DNA of 63,555 nt, counting the filler, from Craspedostauros australis (taxonomy: Eukaryota): NCBI GenBank assembly GCA_030167865.1. It is 12 parts of 12 records of this genome, joined end to end, with 100 filler letters (N's around TTAATTAATTAA, not from the genome) between each part and the next. Parts side by side here need not be neighbours in the genome. Positions count along the whole stretch, not along the records: positions 1 to 3,587 come from JALAGF010006645.1; positions 3,688 to 13,850 come from JALAGF010006646.1; 10 more parts are not named here. One strand, 5' to 3'. The notes under the pieces were generated by a model. The model was not told the origin of the DNA, made no database searches, and worked only from the letters and a program-made list of their open reading frames with translations. The stretch's first letter is position 1, and each line of letters begins with the position of its first letter. The position numbers and the translations under genes were made by a program. Below, one piece after another: positions 1-10,375 of the stretch.

Positions 1-1654
1 GGGCAGTCAACACACCACGAGAACAAAGGCCCTTTGGTCAGGCACAGTGGGCACCACGCGTTGTTGTTGTCGCGTCGAGATGCAGTCTCGATCAACCCGT
101 CCAAGTAGGAGCGAATGGGGCGCACATTGTAGATCGGCTCTGGTCGCCTTGCTGAGGCCGTCGCGTGGAGGTCGATGCCGGGCATCGCGATCTCGTTGCT
201 TTCAGCTTCGTCAGCTTCGCTCTCGTCAGATGAGAACAAGTCGTCGCTCATCATGCGCTCCGCGTCGACTTGCGGTCCGTAGTAACCGCAGTCGTTCGGG
301 CTGCGGATCCCAACCACTTCGATCGATCCCTCGTCGTCGTTGTTGTTGGTTCCGTTGTAGAACCCTGCAGCCAAGTCTCCGTCGACGACCACGAGAGCCA
401 TGTCCTTCATGAGGTTTTCGGTGTTGCTCTCCGTGTCGTGGATGCGTGTTGTCATGATTTCGTGGTCGGTGAGATTTTGTTTTTCGCTCACATTTTTGAT
501 GTTGCGCGCAATTTCTCCATCCTCCGCGATTTTGTGACACAACATCACATCATCGACGGTGACCAGCGCGACGTCGTCCATGCCGTCCATCCCGTCGGTA
601 GCGACATTGGCTGAGTCTGCGTCCTTCATCGCTGCTCTCAACTTGAAGCACTGCACGATCTTGTGGCCTGTCTTGCCACAGAACTTGCATTTGCCGTTGA
701 AGCCTCCGGCGCTGAAGTTGCCATTGTTGCGGTTGCCGTTGCCGCGGTTGCCGTTCTTCTTGGCGCCGCCGCCTTGCTTGCCGTTGCCGCTCTTGGTAGG
801 GGAGCGACAGTCCGCCTTCTTGTGCCCGTAGACGCCACAGTTGCGACAGTTGCCTTTGAACCCGCCGATCGCGGCCAAGGCCATCTCTTCCTTGCCATGG
901 TTGCCTCCTTCGCGCTTAGAACCATTTTTGGTATGGTGGCGGTCGTAGGTGAGGCACACGGCCTCGCGAATGTCTTCGACTGTCATCTTGTCTTCTTTGC
1001 CTGCAAATTTGAGCTCTATGAGCTTCACGTCCATCTCGTAGTCTCTTCCGAGAGCGTTGAGCACAAGCATATTGTATTGCTCGGCGTCCATCTTGATGCC
1101 AGCATTCCCCAAACGGTTGCGGAGCACCTCCATGTCGGTGAGGAACGAATCAGGGCGCTCGCCCTTCTTCAACCGCATCCCGTTGAGTTGAGCCAACAAC
1201 TGCGCCTTCACTGGTGCAGTATGTTGCTCGTAGATGTGCTCGAGCGCCTTCCACGCCTTGCGTGGGTCGCCTCCTTCGTAGGCACCGCTCTTGCATCCCA
1301 GCACAGCCATGAAGGCAACATTGCCTTCCGGAGTTTCATGGTTGATAGCCATGGTCAGTTCTTCAAACGCGTACTTTGCCAACGCCTTTCGGTACTCAGC
1401 CTTCTCCTTGTAGGACATGGCTGACACCTTCTTGGGTTCCCCGTACCCGAGTCTCCGCCCGTCGTCGGGGCAAGACCAGATGGTCCGAGGGGCTCATCCT
1501 TCACCACCACGGCATCCGCAGCTTGGAGGTAAAAGTTCCCGTAGCCCTTGCGTTCAGCGCGGGTGAGGAACTTAGCGCTCCATGCGTTCCAGTTGGACTT
1601 CTTTCCGTCGAACACGATGGGGTANCGATCGGACTTGCCTAAAAAGGAGCTCAT
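1..1654 (-). pseudogene. Ty1/copia gag(-pol) 5' part with two CCHC zinc knuckles; one frameshift near 1420-1495; runs off the window edge
   Basis: Copia gag N-terminus MSSFLGKSD.YPIVFDGKKSNWNAWSAKF, then AWKALEHIYEQHTAPVKAQLL. Knuckles CRNCGVYGHKKADC and CKFCGKTGHKIVQC. The frame from 1418 to 1 is open. Closely similar to the gag at 38919. Confidence 0.9.
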
Positions 1655-2204
1655 GATGATGGTGGTGGTAAGGGTGATGGCGAGTGTTGCTGTGCTGATG
1701 GTGGTGGAAACGTAGGATTTCAATCGTAACGTTTCGAAACGTGTTGGAAATCCAGGGTTATAGTAGAGTCTAATGCTTATTAAACTGTACCGTTTTAGAA
1801 CTGTGAGAACAACACACTCATTTCTCAAATCGTCGACTCGTTTGCCCATGATGATGCTGATGGCCTCCTGTAGTTGCCCCTCACAATCATCATTACAATC
1901 TCTCTCCGTCATGTCCATTTCATTGCTCATGACAAGTGCATTTCATCATGCTCNNNNNNNNNNNNNNNNNNNNNNNNNNNNNNNNNNNNNNNNNNNNNNN
2001 NNNGTAGCCCTTGCGTTCAGCGCGGGTGAGGAACTTAGCGCTCCATGCGTTCCAGTTGGACTTCTTTCCGTCGAACACGATGGGGTAGCGATCGGACTTG
2101 CCTAAAAAGGAGCTCATGATGATGGTGGTGGTAAGGGTGATGGCGAGTGTTGCTGTGCTGATGGTGGTGGAAACGTAGGATTTCAATCGTAACGTTTCGA
2201 AACG

Positions 2205-2994
2205 TGTTGGAAATCCAGGGTTATAGTAGAGTCTAATGCTTATTAAACTGTACCGTTTTAGAACTGTGAGAACAACACACTCATTTCTCAAATCGTCGAC
2301 TCGTTTGCCCATGATGATGCTGATGGCCTCCTGTAGTTGCCCCTCACAATCATCATTACAATCTCTCTCCGTCATGTCCATTTCATTGCTCATGACAAGT
2401 GCATTTCATCATGCTCGTCTGTTGAGATATCGGTCTACACTCCTGAGGTGCATGCATGCCAATGCTTGATTCACTCTCTTCTCATCAGGCATCCATCACT
2501 CATTCAGTGTACTCTTCCGTGTTGTTCACTCACTCTTCTCACATGTTCGCCGACAATCACACTTGCTCAGAACATGGAGTTCTGGCACGATCAGTCCAGT
2601 CCTTCGATGCTGTTCCAGTCCGCGCTTTGTTCTCCTTNGCTGGTTCTCTGTCAGTCACGTAATCATGTTCTGGGTTCCGAGCGACTCAACCGTGATAGCG
2701 TTTTCGCATAGATGTTTCAGGTTAACCGGTCAACCCTCGTGCTTGGAACACTTCGGTGTTCCAGTCCCCCTTTCGCATCCATTGTTCGCCATTGCCGATT
2801 CGTCATCACCCTCAAAACATGTCACATCATTAGTCTGTCCGTCGTCCGTCATACTCTTGACACACAGAGGAGGAGGTCCACAATCGACTTGGGAGTGTGT
2901 CCGACTTTGTTAGATCGGTCAGTCTATTTTTGGTATTATGGGAGGTGTGGCAATCTAGGATAACACGACATAGTCGTACCCTCGATTCCTGACA
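2205..2994 (-). mobile_element. 5' LTR (790 bp) of the copia element; partial duplicate at 1742-1953 across an N gap
   Basis: Minus strand starts TGTCAGGAATCGAGGGTACGAC and ends GGATTTCCAACA (TG...CA). It lies just upstream of gag. Related ends recur at 37351, 37929-38491 and 54077-54844. Confidence 0.85.
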
Positions 2995-3587
2995 AGCTCG
3001 AGGGTGCTTCCGATGCACAGGCAATCATCGACGTACGTCCCGATTAGGACGAGGTTCCCTTCCCGATTCCGAATTAGCAGGTATGGGTCCACCTTGCTCT
3101 GCCGGAAGCCAAGCTTGATCAGGATGTCCACAAGCTTTTTGTTCCATTGCCTTGCGCTCTGAACCAACCCGTAGATGGTCTTCTTCAGCAGCAGGCATTC
3201 GTCCGATTCATGCTCCATTCCCTTGGGGCATTGCATGTAGATCTCTTCCTCGAGGTCTCCGTGCAGGAAGGCGGTTTCGAAGTCGATGATGATGCTGTCT
3301 GTTTTCAACAACATCTTCATGGTCAGCATCACTCGGTACGTTGCATCGTGGATAACAGGCGCATGATGAGCGGAAAAATCCACTCCAGCAATCTGCGAGT
3401 ATCCACAGGCAACCAACCTGGCGCGAAAGACTCCATTTCTCTTCTCCTTGAAGACCCATTTCGTCTTCACACATCTCCGATCCCTCGGCATCTTGTTCTT
3501 CTTGATCTTCTGCCAGACTCCTCGTCTTGTCATGTCGTAGAACTCCTTATTGATGGCCTCCCGCCATTTCCTCCGCTTCGCTGGATC
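2995..3587 (-). pseudogene. Ty1/copia reverse transcriptase fragment, interrupted just after YVDD by the LTR at 2994
   Basis: Motifs KWVFKEK, FRARLVACGYSQ, DFETAFLHG, LKKTIYGLVQSARQW and TYVDD. The RT-like sequence stops at the LTR terminus. Confidence 0.93.
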
Positions 3588-3687
3588 NNNNNNNNNNNNN
3601 NNNNNNNNNNNNNNNNNNNNNNNNNNNNNNNTTAATTAATTAANNNNNNNNNNNNNNNNNNNNNNNNNNNNNNNNNNNNNNNNNNNN
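3588..3687. other. Artificial contig linker (N-run + TTAATTAATTAA + N-run). Copies at 3632, 13895, 19311, 23870, 31244, 39731, 42916, 53079, 55481, 59460 and 61049
   Basis: The same 12-mer, with stops in all six frames, sits inside N-runs 11 times; sequence content changes abruptly at each one. Confidence 0.97.
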
Positions 3688-4147
3688 CCCTTCCGCGCGT
3701 CCTCGTGATAACTTCGAGTTCATCACCTTCACCGGAAAGCAGACCATCTGCTTCGACATCGGCCGTGATGTTGGGTTCGGACGATTCACGCCATTGTGCT
3801 TCGACTTCATCGTTCGTGAGAACTTGGAGGCGAACCCGGATGCGTTGTTCGGGATGCAGTCCAACCGTTGGGATGCGTTCTACAACATCAACTTCGGCAG
3901 CTGTCCTGGCTTTGAGGCTGACATGTTGGACTGCAGTGATGCGGGCAACAATGGAGGAGGTGGGCGTGCTCTTTCTTCCTTGGCTCAGAAGGCATTGGAC
4001 AAGTTCCTTGCTGAAGATGTCGGTGGAGTGAGTGGTGAGGTTGATGAGGCCAATGTTGATGAGTCCGGCGCCGATGTTGTTTTGGAATGGAAGTTTGGTG
4101 CATTGGTGGCTGTGTCTCTGTTGGGCTCCATCGCGATGTTGTTCTAA
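3688..4147 (+). CDS. 3' part of a secreted/GPI-anchor-like surface protein (copy 1, 5' end missing)
   Basis: Open from the contig edge (PSARPRDNFEF...). Contains Cys, a GGGGRAL (RXL) motif and a hydrophobic tail FGALVAVSLLGSIAMLF*. Confidence 0.6.
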
Positions 4148-4728
4148 GAGGAGCAATGGTGCGAGTAGAACTGCCTTTCAGTGGATAGAATACAAGAGAC
4201 GATACAAAGCATAAAGTAGTAGATCGAGATATACGTATACAAATGACGCAACGCAACTGTGCCACTCTGTGTGGATGCTGGATCTGTTCACTCTCTCAGT
4301 ATCCTGCACTGTGTCGGGAGAGCATTGTTGAAACTTTCAGTGCTATGCAACAGTAGAAGTACGCGCTCTACATGCGCATCCGATCTTCTGGTTGGGCCGT
4401 CGATGTTCACAGTTGGAATCTGCTGTGTAGGTACCGCGTACATATGTGCAATCACGGCTTCCCCCATAGCGTTTGTTGATTGGCAGACCCGTCCTCCCCC
4501 ACTGGCATGGCCAATGACAGCGTCTCTTCCGAATACGCTACACAACGATAGTTTCGAGATTTGAACCCCAGGCTGGACGATGCGTATTGGTACAACGTAG
4601 CATTGTGGCAGTTTTTTGCGCGAATCCCCATGCCTAAAACCATCACGCCATGCTGCTCTGGCATTCGATCGGCAATGAACGGGCGCGTCGACGTGACTAT
4701 CAAGAAGCGCATCTACTCATTGTCGCTC

Positions 4729-5973
4729 TCACGTCCGCATGCGCTTGGCAGTATTTTCATCATCATCGCCGTCATTCGTGGAGCGTTGGATTTCTTCGAT
4801 CGTCCGTCGATCACGCTTGTTCTGGTTCAACGCCGCGAAGCTTTCATCATCCGCCTCGGCTTTCTTGAGCGCGTGGCGTTGCTGTTCGGCCATGTTCTTC
4901 ATGGCACGTTGCTGTTCCTGCCGCTGCTGCTGTTGCTGCAACGCCTGCTGCTGCCCTCTGACTTCGTCGGGAAGCTCGCCCTTGTTGATGTCCTCGAGGA
5001 CCTCTGGCGGCGCCTCGCCTTCCTTGTACACCGCGATGACTACATCGTCGAGGAACTCGCTGGGTTCCCGGTGCGCGATCCATTCCTCGTTGACGTCTTC
5101 GGCGGCCTCGTAGACCAAGTACTTCAAAATTTCGATCGTGATCCTGCCATTCTCCCGCTCGTGCGGCACGACCTTCTTTAGCTTCTGCGTGAGATCGAGC
5201 GAGATCTTGATGACGGGGTCGGGAGCGATATCAAAGTCCAGCATCTTCTGTTCGAGCTCTTGGCGGAATTCCGCCAGCACCTGGCCTGCAGTTTTGAGCG
5301 ATGCTCCCTGTTCCTGCGTGGCTGATGCAGCGACGCCGTCACCGGCGGGACCTTTGGCGTTGCCGCTGGCGGACGGTACGGATCGTGCAGCGGTGGCTTG
5401 CCGGCTGATGTTCAAGTGCTGATTGGTACGTTTCTGCGCTCCCACGAGATTTCCCAGCAAGCCTGCTCCCTTCTTGCGGATCGTCTTTGGTGGTGCTTTT
5501 GTCACTGGTTTGGCCTGCTGTTGTTGCTGAGATGACGGTGGTGCCATCAACTTGATGGGACGCAAGGGGCAGTTGGGAATCGACGAGAGCTTGGCAAAGC
5601 GGCAGTTGGCCATCTGCGATGATGCCTGCTTGCTGGGGACGATGATGACGATGGTGGAACCATCCGCCTTGCTTGGGAACCTCCCGAAGGCAGCCTTGCC
5701 ACGCTGACGCAGGTAGTTGATGAATCCCGGCAGCTTGTTGTTGTTGACGCCGTTCGTGTTGGATGCCAAATGGAAAGAGATGCTCTGCCACTTGGTGGTG
5801 CTGTCCGCGGCCCACGCATCGCGTGTGTATGCCTCGAGAGTGATCTTGGACGGCAGCTGCGACAGCAGATCGGCACCATTTCCTGAAGCTGCCGACTTGG
5901 ATTCCAGGATGGCCAGGAACTCGCTCTTGGCGCCTGGTGTTGGCACAAGCCGGAACTCGATTGGCCTCGGCAT
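4729..5973 (-). CDS. 414-aa protein: SPOC-like N-terminal domain fused to a SPAG7-like (R3H) C-terminal region
   Basis: C-terminal EFRQELEQKMLDF, VYKEGEAPPEVLEDINKGE and NKRDRRTIEE recall SPAG7 motifs. N-terminal LPSKITLEAY...FINYLRQRGKAAFG recalls SPOC. ATG 5973 is preferred because the longer ORF runs into a transposon TIR. Confidence 0.65.
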   Translation of the reverse strand: MPRPIEFRLVPTPGAKSEFLAILESKSAASGNGADLLSQLPSKITLEAYTRDAWAADSTTKWQSISFHLASNTNGVNNNKLPGFINYLRQRGKAAFGRFPSKADGSTIVIIVPSKQASSQMANCRFAKLSSIPNCPLRPIKLMAPPSSQQQQQAKPVTKAPPKTIRKKGAGLLGNLVGAQKRTNQHLNISRQATAARSVPSASGNAKGPAGDGVAASATQEQGASLKTAGQVLAEFRQELEQKMLDFDIAPDPVIKISLDLTQKLKKVVPHERENGRITIEILKYLVYEAAEDVNEEWIAHREPSEFLDDVVIAVYKEGEAPPEVLEDINKGELPDEVRGQQQALQQQQQRQEQQRAMKNMAEQQRHALKKAEADDESFAALNQNKRDRRTIEEIQRSTNDGDDDENTAKRMRT

Positions 5974-6131
5974 TGCGTTCTGTCGCTTCTCCCGTTGCCG
6001 TTGTGCAGTTGTGCCGTTGGTGCTCCGTTCGATTGATCCTGTTGGATCAACTGGCTGGTGCGTCCAGATGATCAGTTTTGTGATTGTGAAGAACGCAAAC
6101 AAGGTGGGCGGTTGAGTGTGCGTTGGGAAAT

Positions 6132-8441
6132 GAGGAAATTCACGAACCAGCCCTTTTGAAGTGCCGATTTCCACCAACCAGCCTGTTTTGTGTTGCTTAC
6201 CGACTCAAACCGTCAAAATGTCCATGCGACATCTCATGGACACAGAGATTTCGCGTCGGCTCGTAAGGCTAGTATATAAATATAGACTACCAATACCACA
6301 CATGAAAAGTGCAAGCCACAGCATATTTATTTGTTACACTCGTAACAATATGCCATTAATTTTTCCACAAGAATGAATAGCATCTTATGAGGGGAATCAA
6401 TGCCTGTTTTAGTCATAGATAAGCACATCATCCGTCTGTTTGCTCCAAGTGCTTGCTTGTGGATCGTATTCAGACGAAACCTTCATTGGGAAAGATAGCA
6501 AATACTACATTCTAACAAGATCGNCGCATTGANGGCATTCCAATCGGNAAAATACCAACTTGCGAGTGTCTATATCTGTCTGGAAGAGATGCTGGTATCC
6601 AAATCTGTGAATATTGTAATACTGTGCGATACGCATCGTGCTGTAGTCTTCTGCATATCTACGCATTTGGCAGGCCGTTTTGAGAGATCCGATCAGCTGC
6701 ACCACTCCAAACACACTCCAAGGACTACAGCCATGGAGTTTGAAGTNNNNNNNNNNNNNNNNNNNNNNNNNNNNNNNNNNNNNNNNNNNNNNNNNNCCAA
6801 ACACACTCCAAGGACTACAGCCATGGAGTTTGAAGTCTTAGATCCGTCTGGAAGCGATCTAATTCTGCAGGTATGAATATCACTCAGTACGGAACGGTAC
6901 GCACCAAGCTGTACAGTGTTCTGAGCATACGTGTATATAAAATGTCGATCATATTTCAATACAATACTTCGATGGCTCACAACACACTCCACAGAGTGCA
7001 GATTTATTGTTTGATGCCGTACAGGCGTCAACAAGGNATATCGGCATGCGCCCAGGTGATTCACATGTCACGGCGCTGCCAAGTGCCACTGGACATCAGC
7101 ATCTGTAGAATTACATCTTTCCAAACAGGTCTTGGTCTTTCAACTCCATGGTCATCGCCTTTGGAGTCTGCTTGGAGTAGCCTCACTGGTCACATCTCTC
7201 AAGACGGCTGGCCGGATGCATAGAGATGCGGAATACTGTACAGTGCGATGCGAACTGCACACTCCCGGCCCGCGTAGTGCTGGGGAATATCAGCATCTGC
7301 ACATATCGATCATNNNNNNNNNNNNNNNNNNNNNNNNNNNNNNNNNNNNNNNNNNNNNNNNNNATACTGTACAGTGCGATGCGAACTGCACACTCCCGGC
7401 CCGCGTAGTGCTGGGGAATATCAGCATCTGCACATATCGATCATTTCTGTACAGATCTAGGACCCCAAACTCCAGGATCGTACTCTTTGGAATGTGCTTG
7501 GAGTGGAAAAAGCGTTGGATTGGTATGTGATCGAAATTTTNNNNNNNNNNNNNNNNNNNNNNNNNNNNNNNNNNNNNNNNNNNNNNNNNNNNNNNNNNNN
7601 NNNNNNNNNNNNNNNNNNNNNNNNNNNNNNNNNNNNNNNNNNNNNNNNNNNNNNNNNNNNNNNNNNNNNNNNNNNNNNNTTGGAGTGGTGTGGTTGGTCG
7701 GATCTCTCAAAACAGCCTGTGGAATGCATAGATACTTGGAATAGAGTACAGCATCATGTGTGCCACACAGTATCACAAGATCCGTAGATTTGGATACCAG
7801 CACTTCTTCAAGAAGGATCCAGATCCTCCCAAGCCACCCCCGTGCCTATTGAAGCGCCGTTGCAATGATGGGGTTGGTAGAATTTTAAATGTTGGATCTT
7901 TCATATGAAGGTTTGGGTAAAGCTCTGCACACCGCACACAGTCACTGTGCGGTATCACATGATGTGATCGCGTATAATCTGCAACACCTTCTAGCTGGAT
8001 CCAGTCACTTGCANNNNNNNNNNNNNNNNNNNGGAATGCCCTCGATGCGCCGATCTTGTTAGAATGTAGTATTTTATCCTTTTCAATGAAGGTTTGGTCA
8101 GAATACGATCCACAACGCAAAGAGGTGGAGCAAACAGGTGGATTATGCACATACCAACAAACTAAAGTAGTAATTATCCCTTAATTAGATGTTACATATT
8201 CGTATGGACTGTTTACACGCATTCTATGGCATTCATGACAAACATATATGACGTGGCTTGTACTTTTCCTGTGTGGTGTAGTTAGTCTATATTTACATAC
8301 TAACCTTCCAAGTCGCTGGGAAACCTCTGTGTCCATGAGATGTCGTATGGACATCTGGACGTTTTGAACCACTAAATAGTGTCAAAACAGGCTGGTTGGT
8401 GGAAATCGGCACTTCAAAAGGGCTGGTTCGTGAATTTCCTC
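6132..8441. mobile_element. Non-autonomous Mutator-like (MULE)/foldback DNA transposon with a 10-bp TSD
   Basis: TSD GTTGGGAAAT at 6122-6131 and 8442-8451. TIRs start GAGGAAATTCACGAACCAGCCCTTTTGAAG and match for about 58 bp, then continue degenerately for hundreds of bp. No transposase ORF. Confidence 0.9.
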
Positions 8442-8777
8442 GTTGGGAAATTGGCGCATCAAAGTGGACTGTTTTGCTCCACGAACCAAAATTCATGACT
8501 CAATCCACCCGAACGCTGTTGTCTCTGGATACTGGTGTTGGGCGCATTCATGTCTCGTACTATGACTAGTGCCTATTACAATACACGTACCTACCATGCA
8601 TGCTCAGACGACTGTGCGACACCACAAGTCCGATCATGTGAAGAATCTTAACACGCAGATATTGAAGGATCGCTATTCATGCATTACACTATCGCAGTCG
8701 TTTTCATTCTCTGTTTCAATCCAATCCAATCCAATTCACTCCGTTCTGCTCAATTCTGTTCTGCTTCATATTGGTAA

Positions 8778-9881
8778 CTAGGACAAGTTGCTGAGCCGCT
8801 CATCGAGACGCTGCATGTTCTGCTCGATGACGGTGGCATTTTCCAGCATCTGCTCCTGCATGGCATCCAACGTGCCCTCCAGCTGCCCCAAAGACGCCTG
8901 GACGGTGTTGGCCTGCTCCTCCGCACTGGACAGACGCGATGCGAAGGTGGACGCTTGCACGTGCAGATTGGCGAGCTGCTGCAGACGCTGGGTCAATGCC
9001 GGCAAGTGCCCGGACAGTCCCTCGAGCTCCACCATCTGCTGATGCAGGGACTGGATCATTTTGGAGTCCTCCTTCTTGTACGTGGCCGTGAGCTTGTTGC
9101 GGGCCTTGCTTGCCGCCTCGAGGTCTGCGCGGATGACCTTGGCCTTGTTGGAGACCTTGTCCAGCTTGGGGGCGTCCATGACGGCGACCAAGGTCTCCAT
9201 CTCCTCCAGCCGGGCCATCAGCGATTTCTGGTTCTGCGTGGAGCTGCCGACGAGACGTTCGATCTTCGTGAGACGATCCTGCGCCGTGGTGGTGGGGTTG
9301 GTGGCGGTGCCGTACAGCTCGTAGACGACACCCGACGACGACGCGGCATCGGCTCCAGCCGTAGCGGCCGCCGACGACGCGCCGCCCACCTGCGCAATCT
9401 GCTGCTTCTGCGCCTGGATGAGACGCGTGAGCTCATCCTGTTCCGGCACGCGCGTGGACGCCACCGTGGACAGCCGCGACTTCAGGGACGACGCCAAGGT
9501 CATGACCTCCTCGTCGAAGGCAGCGCCCGAGTCCGCCGTGGAGGACGTCTTGAGCTCGGCCTCCAGCTCCGCGACCTCCGCCTGGAGCCTGGCCAGTCGC
9601 TGCAGCGGCGTCTCATTCTTTGGCTGGAACTGCTGCTGCGCCGCCGGTCGGTCTCCTGCCATCGTCTTCACGGAGTACATCTTGCCGGAGAACACCTCGA
9701 AGGCGCTGATGGGCGCCATGTCACCGGAGTCCAGGATGGTGCGGTCGTCGACGGCACGCTCCGGCACAGGCGGCGCCTTCGTCAGCGGCGCGGGCGACAG
9801 TCCATCGCTCGAGAAGATCACTTCGCCGCCTGCCTCATCGGCCGGATCGGCCTTTGTCGGCGTTGCTGCGGGTGCTGCCAT
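8778..9881 (-). CDS. DCTN2: Dynactin subunit 2 (p50/dynamitin)
   Basis: 367-aa coiled-coil protein with ETPLQRLARLQAEVAEL, VVYELY and LPALTQRLQQLANLHVQA, all characteristic of dynamitin. Confidence 0.85.
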   Translation of the reverse strand: MAAPAATPTKADPADEAGGEVIFSSDGLSPAPLTKAPPVPERAVDDRTILDSGDMAPISAFEVFSGKMYSVKTMAGDRPAAQQQFQPKNETPLQRLARLQAEVAELEAELKTSSTADSGAAFDEEVMTLASSLKSRLSTVASTRVPEQDELTRLIQAQKQQIAQVGGASSAAATAGADAASSSGVVYELYGTATNPTTTAQDRLTKIERLVGSSTQNQKSLMARLEEMETLVAVMDAPKLDKVSNKAKVIRADLEAASKARNKLTATYKKEDSKMIQSLHQQMVELEGLSGHLPALTQRLQQLANLHVQASTFASRLSSAEEQANTVQASLGQLEGTLDAMQEQMLENATVIEQNMQRLDERLSNLS

Positions 9882-10375
9882 TGTTACGACGAGAGTAGAG
9901 CGGATGACTACGCGAAGGTGATGTCGTCGTGTTGAAGCCTCGCAGGGTGCAGCGCGATGTTGTGATGCAGTGAACGGTGAGCTCAGAGCCAGGAGCAGAC
10001 ACGACGTTTGTTGTGTGATTTGTCGGAAGCAGGTTGGCGCAATGGCGATGTTGTCGGAGGGGGCCTCTCTCTGTCACCATCGTTGTGCCTTGTGCTCTCC
10101 GTGTTGTTGGCGGCAGCGCCAAAGACATCGTTCGCCATCGTGTTGTTTGCGCGCAAAATTGGCGTTCTTGCGTTGGATCTTACTTTGGTCGTGCTGGTCA
10201 TTACAGTCGAAGTGTTCGAATACACAAATTCTCATAGTTTTCATTCCTGTGACTAGAGAATGCTAGTATTACTTTCGTTGGAGAGGATGCAACAAAACTA
10301 GAGCAGTGATGCTCTCTACGAGTACAACCGATCGGATTCAGTCCAAAGACTGTATAGTACCGACCTCGTCATCCA

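Noticed and set aside
663..1424. 253-aa plus-strand ORF, and similar antisense ORFs at 8955-9935 and 34089-35360
   Set aside because: Antisense shadows of GC3-rich real coding sequences.
1544..2416. Tandem duplication of gag start and LTR end; similar duplications at 6706-6837, 7233-7443 and 28820-29406
   Set aside because: Near-identical copies directly flank 50-N gaps, typical of unmerged scaffold overlaps.
3632..3643. TTAATTAATTAA as a biological motif (piggyBac TTAA site or telomere)
   Set aside because: Always embedded in fixed N padding; it is a concatenation linker.
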